Part shown: in pieces, positions 47,921 through 58,451 of the stretch
Layout of the letters: each line of letters starts with the position of its first letter
Position numbering within the stretch: the stretch's first letter is position 1
Assembly: GCA_001871765.1 (NCBI GenBank)
Contig: MNVN01000010.1
Coordinates: forward strand, 74 to 64,073
Length of the DNA: 64,000 nucleotides
DNA from: Candidatus Nomurabacteria bacterium CG1_02_43_90
Lineage (GTDB): Bacteria; Patescibacteriota; Minisyncoccia; Phycocordibacterales; UBA1550
Reading direction: 5' to 3'
The notes under the pieces: model-generated
Databases searched by the model: none
Told to the model about the DNA's origin: nothing
Seen by the model: only the letters and a program-made list of their open reading frames with translations
Translations under genes and position numbers: made by a program

Positions 47921-48673
47921 ATGGCAACAAAAAAAGGAGAAGTTATTATCTATACAGACGGTTCATCACGAAGGAACCCGGGGCCGGGTGGATGGGGAAG
48001 TATTGTTGCGTACGACGATGGCGGAGAAAAAGTTGTCGAGCTTGGTGGTGGTGAAAACCACACGACAAACAATCGCATGGAGCTCATGGCTGCAATCGAA
48101 GCACTTGCCTTCGTTCGTAACCTCAGTGGTGTGCATGCTGTTGATGTGCGCGCTGACTCGAGCTACGTGATCAATGGTATTACCAAGTGGGTTGCGGGGT
48201 GGGCTCGTAACGGGTGGATGAATAGCAAAAAAGAAGAAGTACTCAATCGTGATTTGTGGGAGGCACTCGCTCTCGTTGTTGCTGATTTGAAAACGAGCGG
48301 ATCAAAAATCTCCTGGCGGTACACGGCGGGGCACAGTGGTATTCCTGGGAACGAACGTGTCGATACTATCGCGACGATGTATGCAGACAAAGAGAAGCCA
48401 AAACTTTTCCAGGGAAGACGAGAGGCATACGAGGTTGATCTTGATAATCTTGAAGTTCGCGCAGGAAGTGCGAAACAAAAAAAGTCCCCTGAAGAAAAAG
48501 CACGACAAAAAATGAAAGCCTATTCATATGTGAGTTTGGTTGAAGGGAAAATTGTGAAACATGCTACCTGGGCAGAGTGCGAGAAGCGGGTGAAAGGAGT
48601 AAGGGCAACAAAATTTAAAAAAGCGGTAAGCGCGGAGGACGAACAATCAATCGTGCGAGAATGGTTGGGGTAG
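47921..48673 (+). CDS. rnhA: ribonuclease HI with C-terminal hybrid-binding (viroplasmin-like) domain
   Basis: YTDGS..NPGPGGW, TNNRMEL, DSSYV, NRDLW, GHSG..GNERVD; C-terminal TWAECEKRVKG..KFKK. Confidence 0.93.
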   Translation: MATKKGEVIIYTDGSSRRNPGPGGWGSIVAYDDGGEKVVELGGGENHTTNNRMELMAAIEALAFVRNLSGVHAVDVRADSSYVINGITKWVAGWARNGWMNSKKEEVLNRDLWEALALVVADLKTSGSKISWRYTAGHSGIPGNERVDTIATMYADKEKPKLFQGRREAYEVDLDNLEVRAGSAKQKKSPEEKARQKMKAYSYVSLVEGKIVKHATWAECEKRVKGVRATKFKKAVSAEDEQSIVREWLG

Positions 48674-48758
48674 GTCGCGCAGGTTTTTCAAAAAAACGTC
48701 CAGATGAATTCCACGTTTTTTAGCATAACAAAAGGCGCAAATAAATTATTTGCGCCTT

Positions 48759-49253
48759 TTACGTCGGACGGTATTTCTTTACAAAAAGAACGGGGAGTTT
48801 TTTGCTGAGAAGTTTTTGTCGCGATTTTGCAAAAAGATTGTAGACGTACTCCCCCCAAGTTTTTCTTTGGTATGCAATTATAAATCCCCATTCATGAAAA
48901 TCATCATCACGGTATATTGTCCCCATGATCCCGATTTGAGATATTTTGCATCCCTTAATGTACTGATATGCTCCAAAGTGGACCAATGATGCAACTTGCC
49001 ACCCCTCCTCTTTTCCCTTGGTGATCATCGAGGCGACGGTGTCGGTTTCTCCTGGGGTTGCGATTGCGATAATGACCGCCTCGGCAGAAGTATTTGTTGA
49101 AAGAAAAAGATATTGTGGGTCTGCTCTTGTTGATTCATCAAAAGAAAGAAACTCTTCCGAACAGTCGTCCCCCGGGAGAAGAATTTCTAGGTGACCCCAT
49201 AGTTCTTCGCCTTTTTCACTCATAACAATAATTGCATGTTGACCGATATCCAT
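48759..49253 (-). CDS. hypothetical protein, possibly a degenerate CLec/DGR-target-like fold
   Basis: AGGAG SD; GWQVASL..FGA...IGIMGTIYRD...LFVKK layout. Confidence 0.55.
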   Translation of the reverse strand: MDIGQHAIIVMSEKGEELWGHLEILLPGDDCSEEFLSFDESTRADPQYLFLSTNTSAEAVIIAIATPGETDTVASMITKGKEEGWQVASLVHFGAYQYIKGCKISQIGIMGTIYRDDDFHEWGFIIAYQRKTWGEYVYNLFAKSRQKLLSKKLPVLFVKKYRPT

Positions 49254-49332
49254 AGAGAGCTCCTAAAAGAAATGTCTTTTATAATGGTAGCAGGTAGGCA
49301 ATCTTTTTCAAAATACGATATTATAGATTACA

Positions 49333-50859
49333 ATGCGCCCAGAATATTTTTTTGGTTTCATGATAAGTTTTATTCTTGGTGTCGGCCTTGAAAGTATTTT
49401 TAACTTTGGACCTAGCCTAGGGGTACTTTGTGTATTTCTCTCACCTCTCCTCTTCCTTTTGTTTCAAAAAGGTACCGGGGGAGTTTCTCGTTTTCTTGTT
49501 TCATTATTGTTTCTTGGGTGTGCGGTGGGGATTTTTCGTGTTGATGTTTCGCACTTAACACAAAATGAAAATACGCTTGCTTCCTTTGTGGGTAATACCG
49601 TAACCGTACAAGGAATTGTTACTGAGGAACCAGATGTCCGAGAGACGTATACCAATATTGTCCTTAAAGCGCAAACTGTCCTTTATGAAAAAAAAGAATA
49701 TGTCCTTGACTCTCCGCTACCTATTTTAGTGAGGGTGCCTGCCTACCCAGAATTTTATTATGGCGACCATGTTCAGTTTGTGGGCAAGGTTGCTGTTCCA
49801 GAAAATTTTGCACCATCGCTCGTGAACAGAGAGAAGGTACCCTCCTTTGACTATAAAACATATCTTGCAAAAGACGGGATTTACTATCAAATGTTTTTCC
49901 CTAAAGCGGAGCTCATTGCGCAAGGGGATGGAAAAAGTATTTTAGAAAGATTATTTAGTATAAAGCGATGGCTGATGGAGAACATCACGAGTATGGTTCC
50001 CGAACCCGAGTCGTCTCTCGCAGGCGGTATCACCCTTGGCACGAAACAGTCTCTTGGGGATGACTTGTTGCAAAAGTTTCGTGAAACGGGAGTTGCGCAT
50101 ATCGTAGTACTGTCGGGGTACAACATTGCAGTTGTCGCGGGGATTATTTCACGTATGATGATTTTTTTACACTCGACACTTCGCCTTGGATTGAGTGCTG
50201 TTGGCGTTATACTTTTTGCGATGATGGTAGGGGGTGGTGCGACCGTCGTACGTGCGACGATTATGGCACTTATTATTATTCTTGCACGTGTGCTCGGGCG
50301 TGAAGGTGATGCGTTGCGCGCACTTGTTCTTGCGGGAGCGATTATGATTTTCATGAACCCTATGATCCTCCTCTTCGATGTTTCTTTTCAACTTTCATTT
50401 TCTGCTACCCTTGCCCTCATCATTTTTGTCCCCGTGATTGAAAAATATTTTTTATTTATCCCCTCGGTTATATTTCGTGAAATACTCGTCACCACAATCG
50501 CTACACAAATTTTTGTGCTCCCCCTCATTCTCTACCACATGGGGAGTGTTTCCCTTATCGGACTCGTCGCGAATATTTTTATTCTTCCGGTGATACCTCT
50601 TGCGATGTTGCTCGTCAGCCTCGTTGCTCTTTTTGCAGGGATTCCCTTTGTGGGAGGTGCACTCGCTTTTATGGCATATGGTATTCTTGCGTATGTAATT
50701 TCTGCAGTGTTATTTTTTGCGAGTGTTCCCTTTGCTTCACTTTCTGGAATTTCGTTTCCCCCCTCCGCTCTTCTTTCTATGTATATTATTTTTAGTTTTT
50801 TAATTCTTCGCCATTTTCACAAAACACAACAAGAGGAAAAATCAGCACATGAGTTTTAA
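49333..50859 (+). CDS. comEC: ComEC competence protein, OB and membrane channel domains
   Basis: FDYKTYL, TGVAHIVVLSGYNI, VVRATIM, DVSFQLSF, GLVANIF. Confidence 0.93.
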   Translation: MRPEYFFGFMISFILGVGLESIFNFGPSLGVLCVFLSPLLFLLFQKGTGGVSRFLVSLLFLGCAVGIFRVDVSHLTQNENTLASFVGNTVTVQGIVTEEPDVRETYTNIVLKAQTVLYEKKEYVLDSPLPILVRVPAYPEFYYGDHVQFVGKVAVPENFAPSLVNREKVPSFDYKTYLAKDGIYYQMFFPKAELIAQGDGKSILERLFSIKRWLMENITSMVPEPESSLAGGITLGTKQSLGDDLLQKFRETGVAHIVVLSGYNIAVVAGIISRMMIFLHSTLRLGLSAVGVILFAMMVGGGATVVRATIMALIIILARVLGREGDALRALVLAGAIMIFMNPMILLFDVSFQLSFSATLALIIFVPVIEKYFLFIPSVIFREILVTTIATQIFVLPLILYHMGSVSLIGLVANIFILPVIPLAMLLVSLVALFAGIPFVGGALAFMAYGILAYVISAVLFFASVPFASLSGISFPPSALLSMYIIFSFLILRHFHKTQQEEKSAHEF

Positions 50860-51453
50860 CTAATTTTCAACCTCGCGAATAATTTCTTCACTATTGAGAT
50901 AGCGATAAAAAAGAAAAACAACAATGAGTGCGACGAGGACGAGGACGACGGCGTAGTGCCCAAAGAGATCAGAAGACTTCCCAAAAAAATATCCCATTGC
51001 AATAAACACGAGTGACCAGATTGCGGAGGCGATAACCATAAGTGTTGCAAAAAGTGGACGAGACATTTTTCCCAGCCCTGCAGAAACAGGAACGAATACT
51101 TTTATCGCGGGAAGAAGTTTGCCAATAAAAATAAACCACGCTCCTTTTTTGTGAAAGGCGAGCTCTACTTTTTCAAGTTCACGTAGGGGGAAAATTTTCA
51201 TGCGTGCAATAAACGTGCGCCCGTATTTTCGGGTAAGTTCGTAGAGGATGATCGTACCAACCGTATTGCCGAGAGTTCCGGCGACAACAACGGGGAGAAG
51301 TGCGAGGTCTCCTTGCGCAACAAAGTACCCAGCAATAATATAGAGCACTTGGCTTGAAGGAAATGATACCGCACCATTCGTAATCATGAGAAGGAAAATC
51401 CCCGCGTACCCTGCAAAAGAAATAATGGTCTCAATAGAAATGTGATCAATCAT
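50860..51453 (-). CDS. DedA family membrane protein
   Basis: YAGIFLLM, FPSSQV, GTLGNTVG, FIGKLLP, SAGLGKM; start MIDHISI. Confidence 0.88.
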   Translation of the reverse strand: MIDHISIETIISFAGYAGIFLLMITNGAVSFPSSQVLYIIAGYFVAQGDLALLPVVVAGTLGNTVGTIILYELTRKYGRTFIARMKIFPLRELEKVELAFHKKGAWFIFIGKLLPAIKVFVPVSAGLGKMSRPLFATLMVIASAIWSLVFIAMGYFFGKSSDLFGHYAVVLVLVALIVVFLFYRYLNSEEIIREVEN

Positions 51454-51455
51454 AA

Positions 51456-51468
51456 TGGTATGATACCA
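51456..51468. promoter_or_regulatory. bidirectional extended -10 palindrome
   Basis: TGGTATGATACCA reads TGG-TATGAT on + (7 nt to ATG 51472) and TGG-TATCAT on - (6 nt to ATG 51453). Confidence 0.7.
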
Positions 51469-51471
51469 GAG

Positions 51472-52377
51472 ATGACAGCACAAAACCTAGCCCCGAATTA
51501 TGTAGTAGTAAAAAAGGCGCGCGCAAAAAAAGCAAAGATTCAAGCGGGAGTACTCGCTATCTTTTTGATCTTAAATATTTTTATCTGGACGACAACGTTT
51601 CACACAGACAGACACGGGGAGTTGACCGTCGCATTTCTTGATGTTGGGCAAGGGGACGCAATTTTTATCGAAGCACCAAACGGAAACCAAGTCCTCATCG
51701 ACGGTGGGCCTTCGGGAAGCGCGACCTTGCGTGCGCTCGGACAGGTTATGCCATTTTGGGATCGTTCACTCGACCTTGTACTCGCCACTCACCCTGACCA
51801 AGATCATGTGGGTGGCCTCCCCTCGGTGATTGGCCGTATACAGGTGGGAAACGTTATGACAACAGAAAATACCGCAAGCACCGGTGCCTACGATGCCTTT
51901 TCAAAAATTATTACCGAACAACAAATTCGTCATATTCGTGCGCGTACGGGCGAGCGCATTATTTTAGACCAGGGCGTTGTACTTGAAATATTGTTCCCTG
52001 ACCGCAATACGGCAGGGTGGGAAACCAATACAAGTTCTATCGTCGCACGACTTTCCTATGGCAATGAATCATTCCTTTTTACGGGTGATTTACCACAAGA
52101 GGTAGAAAAATATGTGGTAGGAAAAGAGGGGTCAGCTCTCCATTCAAATATTCTTAAGCTAGGACATCATGGTTCTCGTACTTCGAGTTCGCGTATTTTT
52201 ATTTCTGCCGTCAATCCTGACTATGCAGTTATCTCGGCAGGCAAAGACAATAAGTATGGACACCCCCACCAAGAAGTAATTGATCTGATTTCCGAACTCA
52301 AAATCCCCACGGTTAGTACGATAGACCACGGCACCATTATCTTTAAAACAAACGCAGGAGAAATTAAAATTGAATAA
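51472..52377 (+). CDS. ComEC-type metallo-beta-lactamase (nuclease) domain protein
   Basis: FLDVGQGDA, LIDGG, THPDQDHVGG, LFTGD, LGHHGS, YGHPH. Confidence 0.93.
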   Translation: MTAQNLAPNYVVVKKARAKKAKIQAGVLAIFLILNIFIWTTTFHTDRHGELTVAFLDVGQGDAIFIEAPNGNQVLIDGGPSGSATLRALGQVMPFWDRSLDLVLATHPDQDHVGGLPSVIGRIQVGNVMTTENTASTGAYDAFSKIITEQQIRHIRARTGERIILDQGVVLEILFPDRNTAGWETNTSSIVARLSYGNESFLFTGDLPQEVEKYVVGKEGSALHSNILKLGHHGSRTSSSRIFISAVNPDYAVISAGKDNKYGHPHQEVIDLISELKIPTVSTIDHGTIIFKTNAGEIKIE

Positions 52378-52412
52378 AAAAAACGCGTCATCGACGCGTT
52401 TTTTATTGAGGA

Positions 52413-52622
52413 TTAAGATATGACCTGAATCTTTGTATGCTTTCCGACTTTCATACACTTGGTGCAGATCTTGATACGGGATCCATCAGAAAGAGGTGCC
52501 CATTGGAGGTTAGGGTATTTACGCTTATTTCCCGTAGGATTATATTTGGTTGCGCGAACGCGATTAGAGTAGTGACCTACAATAATAGTACCTTTCCCGC
52601 AAGTTGGACATGATTTTGCCAT
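52413..52622 (-). CDS. rpmB: 50S ribosomal protein L28 (Zn-binding form)
   Basis: CPTCGK...RKYPNLQ...KICTKCMK. Confidence 0.9.
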   Translation of the reverse strand: MAKSCPTCGKGTIIVGHYSNRVRATKYNPTGNKRKYPNLQWAPLSDGSRIKICTKCMKVGKHTKIQVIS

Positions 52623-52766
52623 AGTTTTCTTGTTAGTCCTTGTATGCTATCATAGATAAGTATTTTTGCAAGCCCACGCAAGCTATTCCTTATAAGATCT
52701 TAGCTTTTTGGTACGCAAATGCAACGGTAAACACTTACTATCTGAAAGTTTAACCCATTTCTCCTT

Positions 52767-53390
52767 ATGCAAATCGAAACATTATTTTTCCTCGTTATCC
52801 TTATTTTTTCTGTTATTATTCATGAAATTGCCCATGGTTTTGTTGCTGAAATGATGGGTGATAAAACAGCACGTCTCGCAGGACGCCTTACCTTAAACCC
52901 TGCAAAACATATCGACCCTATGGGTTCGATTATTCTCCCGGCGCTCATGCTTATTGGTTCTGGGGGGAAGTTCGTGTTTGGGTGGGCGAAACCAGTTCCC
53001 TACAACCCCTATAATTTAAGGAATTTTAAATGGGGGACAGCTCTTGTGGGTATTGCGGGCGCACTTGCAAACCTCCTGGTCGCTATTATCTTTGGGTTAA
53101 TGCTCCGCTACCATAGCATGCTCGGTATTACGGCGGGCCCGTTCTCTGATATTTTAGGAACAATTGTCTATACCAATATTATTCTTGCTGTCTTTAACCT
53201 CATTCCTTTCCCTCCTCTTGATGGGGCAAAAGTACTGTTTGCTTTTTTACCGTATCGTTTTCAACAAATTCATGATTATTTAGAGCAAAACTGGGTGCTC
53301 TTTATTGTTTTTGTATTCTTTTTCGCTCAATATATCATCTCGCCGATTTCAGGGTTATTGTTTCGAGTGATTACGGGTTATTCACTATAA
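52767..53390 (+). CDS. site-2 protease (M50 family)
   Basis: HEIAHG, GRLTLNP, GWAKPVP, FNLIPFPPLDG. Confidence 0.93.
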   Translation: MQIETLFFLVILIFSVIIHEIAHGFVAEMMGDKTARLAGRLTLNPAKHIDPMGSIILPALMLIGSGGKFVFGWAKPVPYNPYNLRNFKWGTALVGIAGALANLLVAIIFGLMLRYHSMLGITAGPFSDILGTIVYTNIILAVFNLIPFPPLDGAKVLFAFLPYRFQQIHDYLEQNWVLFIVFVFFFAQYIISPISGLLFRVITGYSL

Positions 53391-53591
53391 GAGGGGCACT
53401 AGAATACTGGTAAACAAATGTTTTGGGGCGGGGCTATTTTGTGTGCATAACCTCACATACATATTGCACTCTTTGGGAAGCCAAAGAAATAAGGATATTC
53501 AATCAAAACAAAGTACTTGCATTTTTTGACACTCTATAGTAGAGTATCTGCACTCGACCGTACCTTCGGCTAGTTTCAATTTTATTTATAT

Positions 53592-54023
53592 ATGCCAACA
53601 ATTAAACAACTTACCAAGCGCCCTCGCAAGACTCCTATTAAGAAGTCTCGTTCTCAGGCGCTCCTCAAAAGTTTTAATAGTGTTTTGAACAAGCCGGTAT
53701 ACCACAACTCTCCTTTTAAGCGTGGAGTGTGTATGAAGGTTACAACCACGACACCAAAGAAGCCTAACTCTGCGCTTCGTAAAATAGCCCGCGTTCGTTT
53801 AACGAACGGCATGGAAGTGACGGCGTATATCCCAGGTATGGGACACAAGCTCCAAGAACACTCCGTGGTTATGATTCGCGGTGGTCGCGTAAAGGATCTC
53901 GGCGGTGTGCGGTATCATATTGTGCGTGGTGTCCTCGATGCAACAGCTGTTGAGAAACGTATGAAGGGTCGTAGTCAGTATGGTGCAAAGCGCCCAAAAG
54001 CAGGTGCTGCCGCTAAAAAATAG
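53592..54023 (+). CDS. rpsL: 30S ribosomal protein S12
   Basis: [29 protein letters not shown]. Confidence 0.98.
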   Translation: MPTIKQLTKRPRKTPIKKSRSQALLKSFNSVLNKPVYHNSPFKRGVCMKVTTTTPKKPNSALRKIARVRLTNGMEVTAYIPGMGHKLQEHSVVMIRGGRVKDLGGVRYHIVRGVLDATAVEKRMKGRSQYGAKRPKAGAAAKK

Positions 54024-54034
54024 TAAAAATAATT

Positions 54035-54505
54035 ATGCGTAGAAAAGTAAAAAATCGTAATATCCCTGGAGAAGATCTTCTCTATAAATCAGAAAAAGTT
54101 GAAAAACTTATCAACTACGTTATGGAACGTGGGAAAAAGAACACCGCACGCACAATTGTGTACGGAGCTTTTGAGATCATGAAAGAAAAAAAGAAGGAAA
54201 TGGAACCCCTTGAAGTTTTTGAACTTGCGGTGAAGAACGCAGGACCTCTTATGGAGATTCGTTCACGCCGTGTTGGTGGCGCAAACTACCAAGTTCCTCG
54301 TGAAGTTCGTCCTGAACGTCGCTTTTCACTTGCGATGCGCTGGATTATTGGTGCCGCAAAGTCAAAGAAGGGTCGCCCTATGCATGAGAAGCTTGCTGAT
54401 GAACTCCTTGCTGCAAGTAACAATGAGGGTGAGGCAGTGAAGAAACGCGACAATACCCACCGTATGGCCGATGCCAACAAAGCATTTGCACACTTCGCGT
54501 GGTAG
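54035..54505 (+). CDS. rpsG: 30S ribosomal protein S7
   Basis: SRRVGGANYQVP, HRMADANKAFAH. Confidence 0.98.
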   Translation: MRRKVKNRNIPGEDLLYKSEKVEKLINYVMERGKKNTARTIVYGAFEIMKEKKKEMEPLEVFELAVKNAGPLMEIRSRRVGGANYQVPREVRPERRFSLAMRWIIGAAKSKKGRPMHEKLADELLAASNNEGEAVKKRDNTHRMADANKAFAHFAW

Positions 54506-54601
54506 TGATTTTCTCGTTTCAACACAGAGCACCTCTTGTTTCTTTCACAATAAAAACTAGGTTACGGTAGTGGTTTAATTATTTTTTTAAACATCATTTA
54601 T

Positions 54602-54762
54602 ATGAATTTTGAACAACCTATTCCTCAGCAAGAACTTCGCAAGAAGTAGTTATTGACCTTTCTCCAGAAGCAAAAGAATTTTTGCCTGAAACGGACGAAT
54701 TGATTGACTTAAACGACCCATTCCCCCAAGCACCAGAAGAGAAAGAACCAGTTGTATTGTAA
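54602..54762 (+). pseudogene. frameshifted small acidic ORF between rpsG and fusA
   Basis: MNFEQPIPQQE in one frame continues as QEVVIDLSPEAKEFL...EEKEPVVL* in another; span is 161 nt, one short of 54 codons. Confidence 0.5.
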
Positions 54763-54800
54763 AAAGTTTCTAATTATTTAATTTATAAATCTTATCAATC

Positions 54801-56945
54801 ATGGACCGAGACTATCCTTTAGAAAAAGTGCGCAATTTTGGAATCATCGCTCATATCGATGCGGGTAAAACAACAACATCGGAGCGTATTTTGTTTTATA
54901 CGGGTATGACCCACAAGATTGGTGAGGTTCATGAAGGAGAGACGACCACTGACTGGATGGAGCAGGAGCGTGAACGCGGTATTACGATTACCGCAGCGGC
55001 TATTACCTGTTTTTGGAACAAGACAGATGAGGCAAAGGCGAAAGAAAATCTCTCGCGTTTTAATATTATTGACACCCCAGGGCATATCGACTTTACGGTA
55101 GAGGTAAAGCGTTCCCTCCGCGTACTCGACGGCGCCGTCGTTGTCTTTGATGGTGTTGCAGGAGTAGAGCCACAGTCAGAAACCAACTGGCGTTACGCAG
55201 ATGAAGCACAGGTCCCTCGTATTTGTTTCATCAACAAGCTCGACCGCACAGGAGCATCTTTTGAGCGTTCATATGCGTCAATTTTGGACAGACTCAATAC
55301 AAAAGCAGTTCGCATGCAAATCCCCGTAGGACTAGAAGATGAGTTTGAGGGAGTTATTGATCTTCTCAAGATGAAGATGTACAAGTTTGAAGGTGATATG
55401 GGAATCAGTGTTGTCGAAGCAGAAATTCCCGAGAAATATCTCGCTGAAGCAAAGCAATTCCGTGCTGACCTCATTGAACGCATTGTTGAAAATGACGAAG
55501 TACTCATGAATGACTACTTGGAAGGGAAGGAAATTCCGATTGATATTTTGAAAGCAACACTCCGTAAGGCAGTGATTAAGAACGAAATATTCCCCGTATA
55601 TGCAGGTTCTGCACTTAAGAATAAAGGGGTACAACTTGTTCTTGACGCCGTCGTAGACTACCTCCCTTCTCCTATGGACATTCCCGCTATTCACGGTATC
55701 GACCCTCGCACTGGCGCGGAAATCGACCGTCATCCTTCAGACAAAGAGCCATTTACTGCTCTCGCATTTAAACTTCAAGCAGATCCTTTTGTGGGACAGC
55801 TTACTTTCTTCCGTGTTTACTCAGGTACGGTAGAGGCTGGTTCGTATGTATACAATACTACGACGGGAGAAAAAGAGCGTGTAGGTCGCATGGTGCGCCT
55901 ACAGGCCGACTCTCGCGAGGAAGTAAAAAAGGTTTTTGCAGGAGAAATTGCCGCAATGGTTGGCCTCAAAAACACCCGCACATCACACACTCTTTGCGAT
56001 GAAGCGAACCCAATTATTCTTGAGGAAATCAAATTCCCTGAACCAGTTATTTCGCTTCGTATTGAACCAAAGACAAAAGCCGATCAAGAGAAAATGGGTA
56101 TGGCACTCAAGAAGCTCGCTGATGAAGATCCAACATTCCGTATCTCAACCGACGAAGAAACCATGGAAACCATTATTTCCGGTATGGGAGAACTTCACCT
56201 TGAGATTCTTGTTGACCGCATGAAGCGTGAGTTTAACGTAGAAGCAAATGTGGGCAAGCCACAGGTTGCCTACAAAGAAACGATTACCAAATCTGCAGAA
56301 GCAGAGTGTAAATACTTGAAACAGACGGGTGGTCGCGGACAGTATGGACACGTAAAGATTCGCATCAAGCCTATCGACAAGTCTATTGCTATTGAGGATC
56401 TTCCAAAACAAACCAAGCGTCGTGATGATCACTTCGAGTTCACGAACTCCATCAAGGGTGGGGTGATTCCTCAGGAATTTATTGCGCCAGTAGAAAAAGG
56501 TATTATTGAAGCAATGGACCGCGGGGTACAAGCAGGATACAAAGTAGTAGATATTTCTGCTGAACTTTACGATGGCTCATTCCATGAGGTTGACTCTTCG
56601 GAAATCGCCTTCAAGATTGCAGGTTCACAAGCGTTCCAGGAAGCGGTAAAGAAGGCAGGTCCTGTAATCCTTGAGCCTATTATGAAGGTTGAGATCGTTA
56701 TGCCTGAGCAATTCATGGGTGATGTTGCGGGTAACCTTTCTTCAAAGCGCGCACAGATTGAAGGGATGGGAGAGCGTGGCATGATGAAGGTCCTCACCGC
56801 CCTTGTTCCTCTCTCTGAAATGTTTGGCTACACGACATCTCTTCGTTCTCTGACCGAAGGACGCGCTTCCTCAACAATGGAGTTCGACCACTATGATATC
56901 GTGCCTGCAAACGTTGCACTCACGATTATCGAGAGTCGCAAGTAG
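54801..56945 (+). CDS. fusA: elongation factor G
   Basis: [40 protein letters not shown]. Confidence 0.98.
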   Translation: MDRDYPLEKVRNFGIIAHIDAGKTTTSERILFYTGMTHKIGEVHEGETTTDWMEQERERGITITAAAITCFWNKTDEAKAKENLSRFNIIDTPGHIDFTVEVKRSLRVLDGAVVVFDGVAGVEPQSETNWRYADEAQVPRICFINKLDRTGASFERSYASILDRLNTKAVRMQIPVGLEDEFEGVIDLLKMKMYKFEGDMGISVVEAEIPEKYLAEAKQFRADLIERIVENDEVLMNDYLEGKEIPIDILKATLRKAVIKNEIFPVYAGSALKNKGVQLVLDAVVDYLPSPMDIPAIHGIDPRTGAEIDRHPSDKEPFTALAFKLQADPFVGQLTFFRVYSGTVEAGSYVYNTTTGEKERVGRMVRLQADSREEVKKVFAGEIAAMVGLKNTRTSHTLCDEANPIILEEIKFPEPVISLRIEPKTKADQEKMGMALKKLADEDPTFRISTDEETMETIISGMGELHLEILVDRMKREFNVEANVGKPQVAYKETITKSAEAECKYLKQTGGRGQYGHVKIRIKPIDKSIAIEDLPKQTKRRDDHFEFTNSIKGGVIPQEFIAPVEKGIIEAMDRGVQAGYKVVDISAELYDGSFHEVDSSEIAFKIAGSQAFQEAVKKAGPVILEPIMKVEIVMPEQFMGDVAGNLSSKRAQIEGMGERGMMKVLTALVPLSEMFGYTTSLRSLTEGRASSTMEFDHYDIVPANVALTIIESRK

Positions 56946-56958
56946 GTTTTTAATTCAA

Positions 56959-57015
56959 CACCAATACAAGAAAAGACCATCCTTTTTAAAATGATGGTCT
57001 TTTCTTGTATTGGTG
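56959..57015. terminator. fusA terminator (23-bp IR)
   Basis: caccaatacaagaaaagaccatc...gatggtcttttcttgtattggtg; tuf has its own TTGACT...TAGTAT promoter downstream. Confidence 0.8.
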
Positions 57016-57254
57016 CACTTCTGAGTGTGTCCGTGACCCGAATTCATGCTCCCTGCTGTTCTCACTTAGTGTTATCACACAAGAATAAAAATTCGCCCTT
57101 GACTATTCTTTCTGATTTGGTAGTATGGGGTTTGTATCGCGTACGCGGTACTTTTGTTTCTCTTTAATAGTTATTTCATTTAATTTTCTCTTGTAATAAA
57201 AGGCTCGTAAGGGTTTCTCGTGTATGAGCCTTTATTTACAAGAACACAAACATT

Positions 57255-58451
57255 ATGGCAACAGAAGCTTTCGATCGTTCCAAGCCACACGTCAACGTTG
57301 GTACTATTGGTCACGTTGACCACGGCAAGACTACTCTTACTGCAGCAATTCTTAACATTCTCCATATGGCGGGTAAGGATGTAAAAATGAAGTCAGTTGA
57401 TGATATTGACTCCGCTCCTGAAGAAAAGGCACGCGGTATTACAATTGCGCTTTCTCACAATGAGTACTCTACTGATGCGCGTCATTACGCACACATCGAT
57501 GCTCCAGGGCATGCTGACTACATTAAGAACATGATTACTGGTGCCGCACAAATGGACGGTGCTATCTTGGTAGTTGCTGCAACAGATGGTGTGATGCCCC
57601 AGACACGAGAGCACATCCTCCTCGCAAAGCAGATTGGTGTTCCAAAGATTATTATCTTCCTCAACAAGTGTGACATGGTTGATGATCCTGAAATGATCGA
57701 CATGGTGGAAGAAGAAGTTCGTGAGCTCCTTACGAAGTACGACTTCGACGGCAAGAATGCTCCTGTTATCCGTGGATCAGCCCTCAAGGCTCTTGAAGCA
57801 AAGTCAATTGAGGACGAATGGGCAAAGAAGATTCTCGACCTCGCTGATGCTCTTGACACCTATATCCCTGTTCCAGAGCGCGATGTTTCAAAAGCATTCC
57901 TTATGCCTGTTGAAGACGTGTTCTCTATTGAAGGACGCGGTACTGTAGTTACGGGTCGTATCGAACGTGGAGTTGTTAAGGTTGGAGAAGAAGTAGAAAT
58001 CGTTGGAATCAAAGATACGGTAAAGACAACTGTTACCGGTATTGAAATGTTCAACAAGTCTCTTCAAGAGGGAATGGCAGGAGACAATGCCGGCATCCTT
58101 ATCCGTGGTATCAAGAAAGACGATATTACCCGCGGTCAGGTTATCTGCAAACCAGGTTCAGTTACCCCTCATACTGAGTTTGAGACTGAAGTGTACATTC
58201 TTACAAAAGAAGAAGGTGGACGTCACACACCATTCTTCAATGGATACAAACCTCAGTTTTACATTCGTACAACTGATGTAACCGGTGATGCAACATTACC
58301 TGCTGGTACCGAAATGGTTATGCCAGGAGATACCGTGAAGCTTACGGTAAAACTCATTGTGCCTGTAGCACTTGAGGCAGAACAGCGTTTCGCTATACGT
58401 GAAGGTGGACGTACCGTAGGTGCGGGTGTGGTAACAAAGATTATCGCATAG
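57255..58451 (+). CDS. tuf: elongation factor Tu
   Basis: [33 protein letters not shown]. Confidence 0.98.
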   Translation: MATEAFDRSKPHVNVGTIGHVDHGKTTLTAAILNILHMAGKDVKMKSVDDIDSAPEEKARGITIALSHNEYSTDARHYAHIDAPGHADYIKNMITGAAQMDGAILVVAATDGVMPQTREHILLAKQIGVPKIIIFLNKCDMVDDPEMIDMVEEEVRELLTKYDFDGKNAPVIRGSALKALEAKSIEDEWAKKILDLADALDTYIPVPERDVSKAFLMPVEDVFSIEGRGTVVTGRIERGVVKVGEEVEIVGIKDTVKTTVTGIEMFNKSLQEGMAGDNAGILIRGIKKDDITRGQVICKPGSVTPHTEFETEVYILTKEEGGRHTPFFNGYKPQFYIRTTDVTGDATLPAGTEMVMPGDTVKLTVKLIVPVALEAEQRFAIREGGRTVGAGVVTKIIA

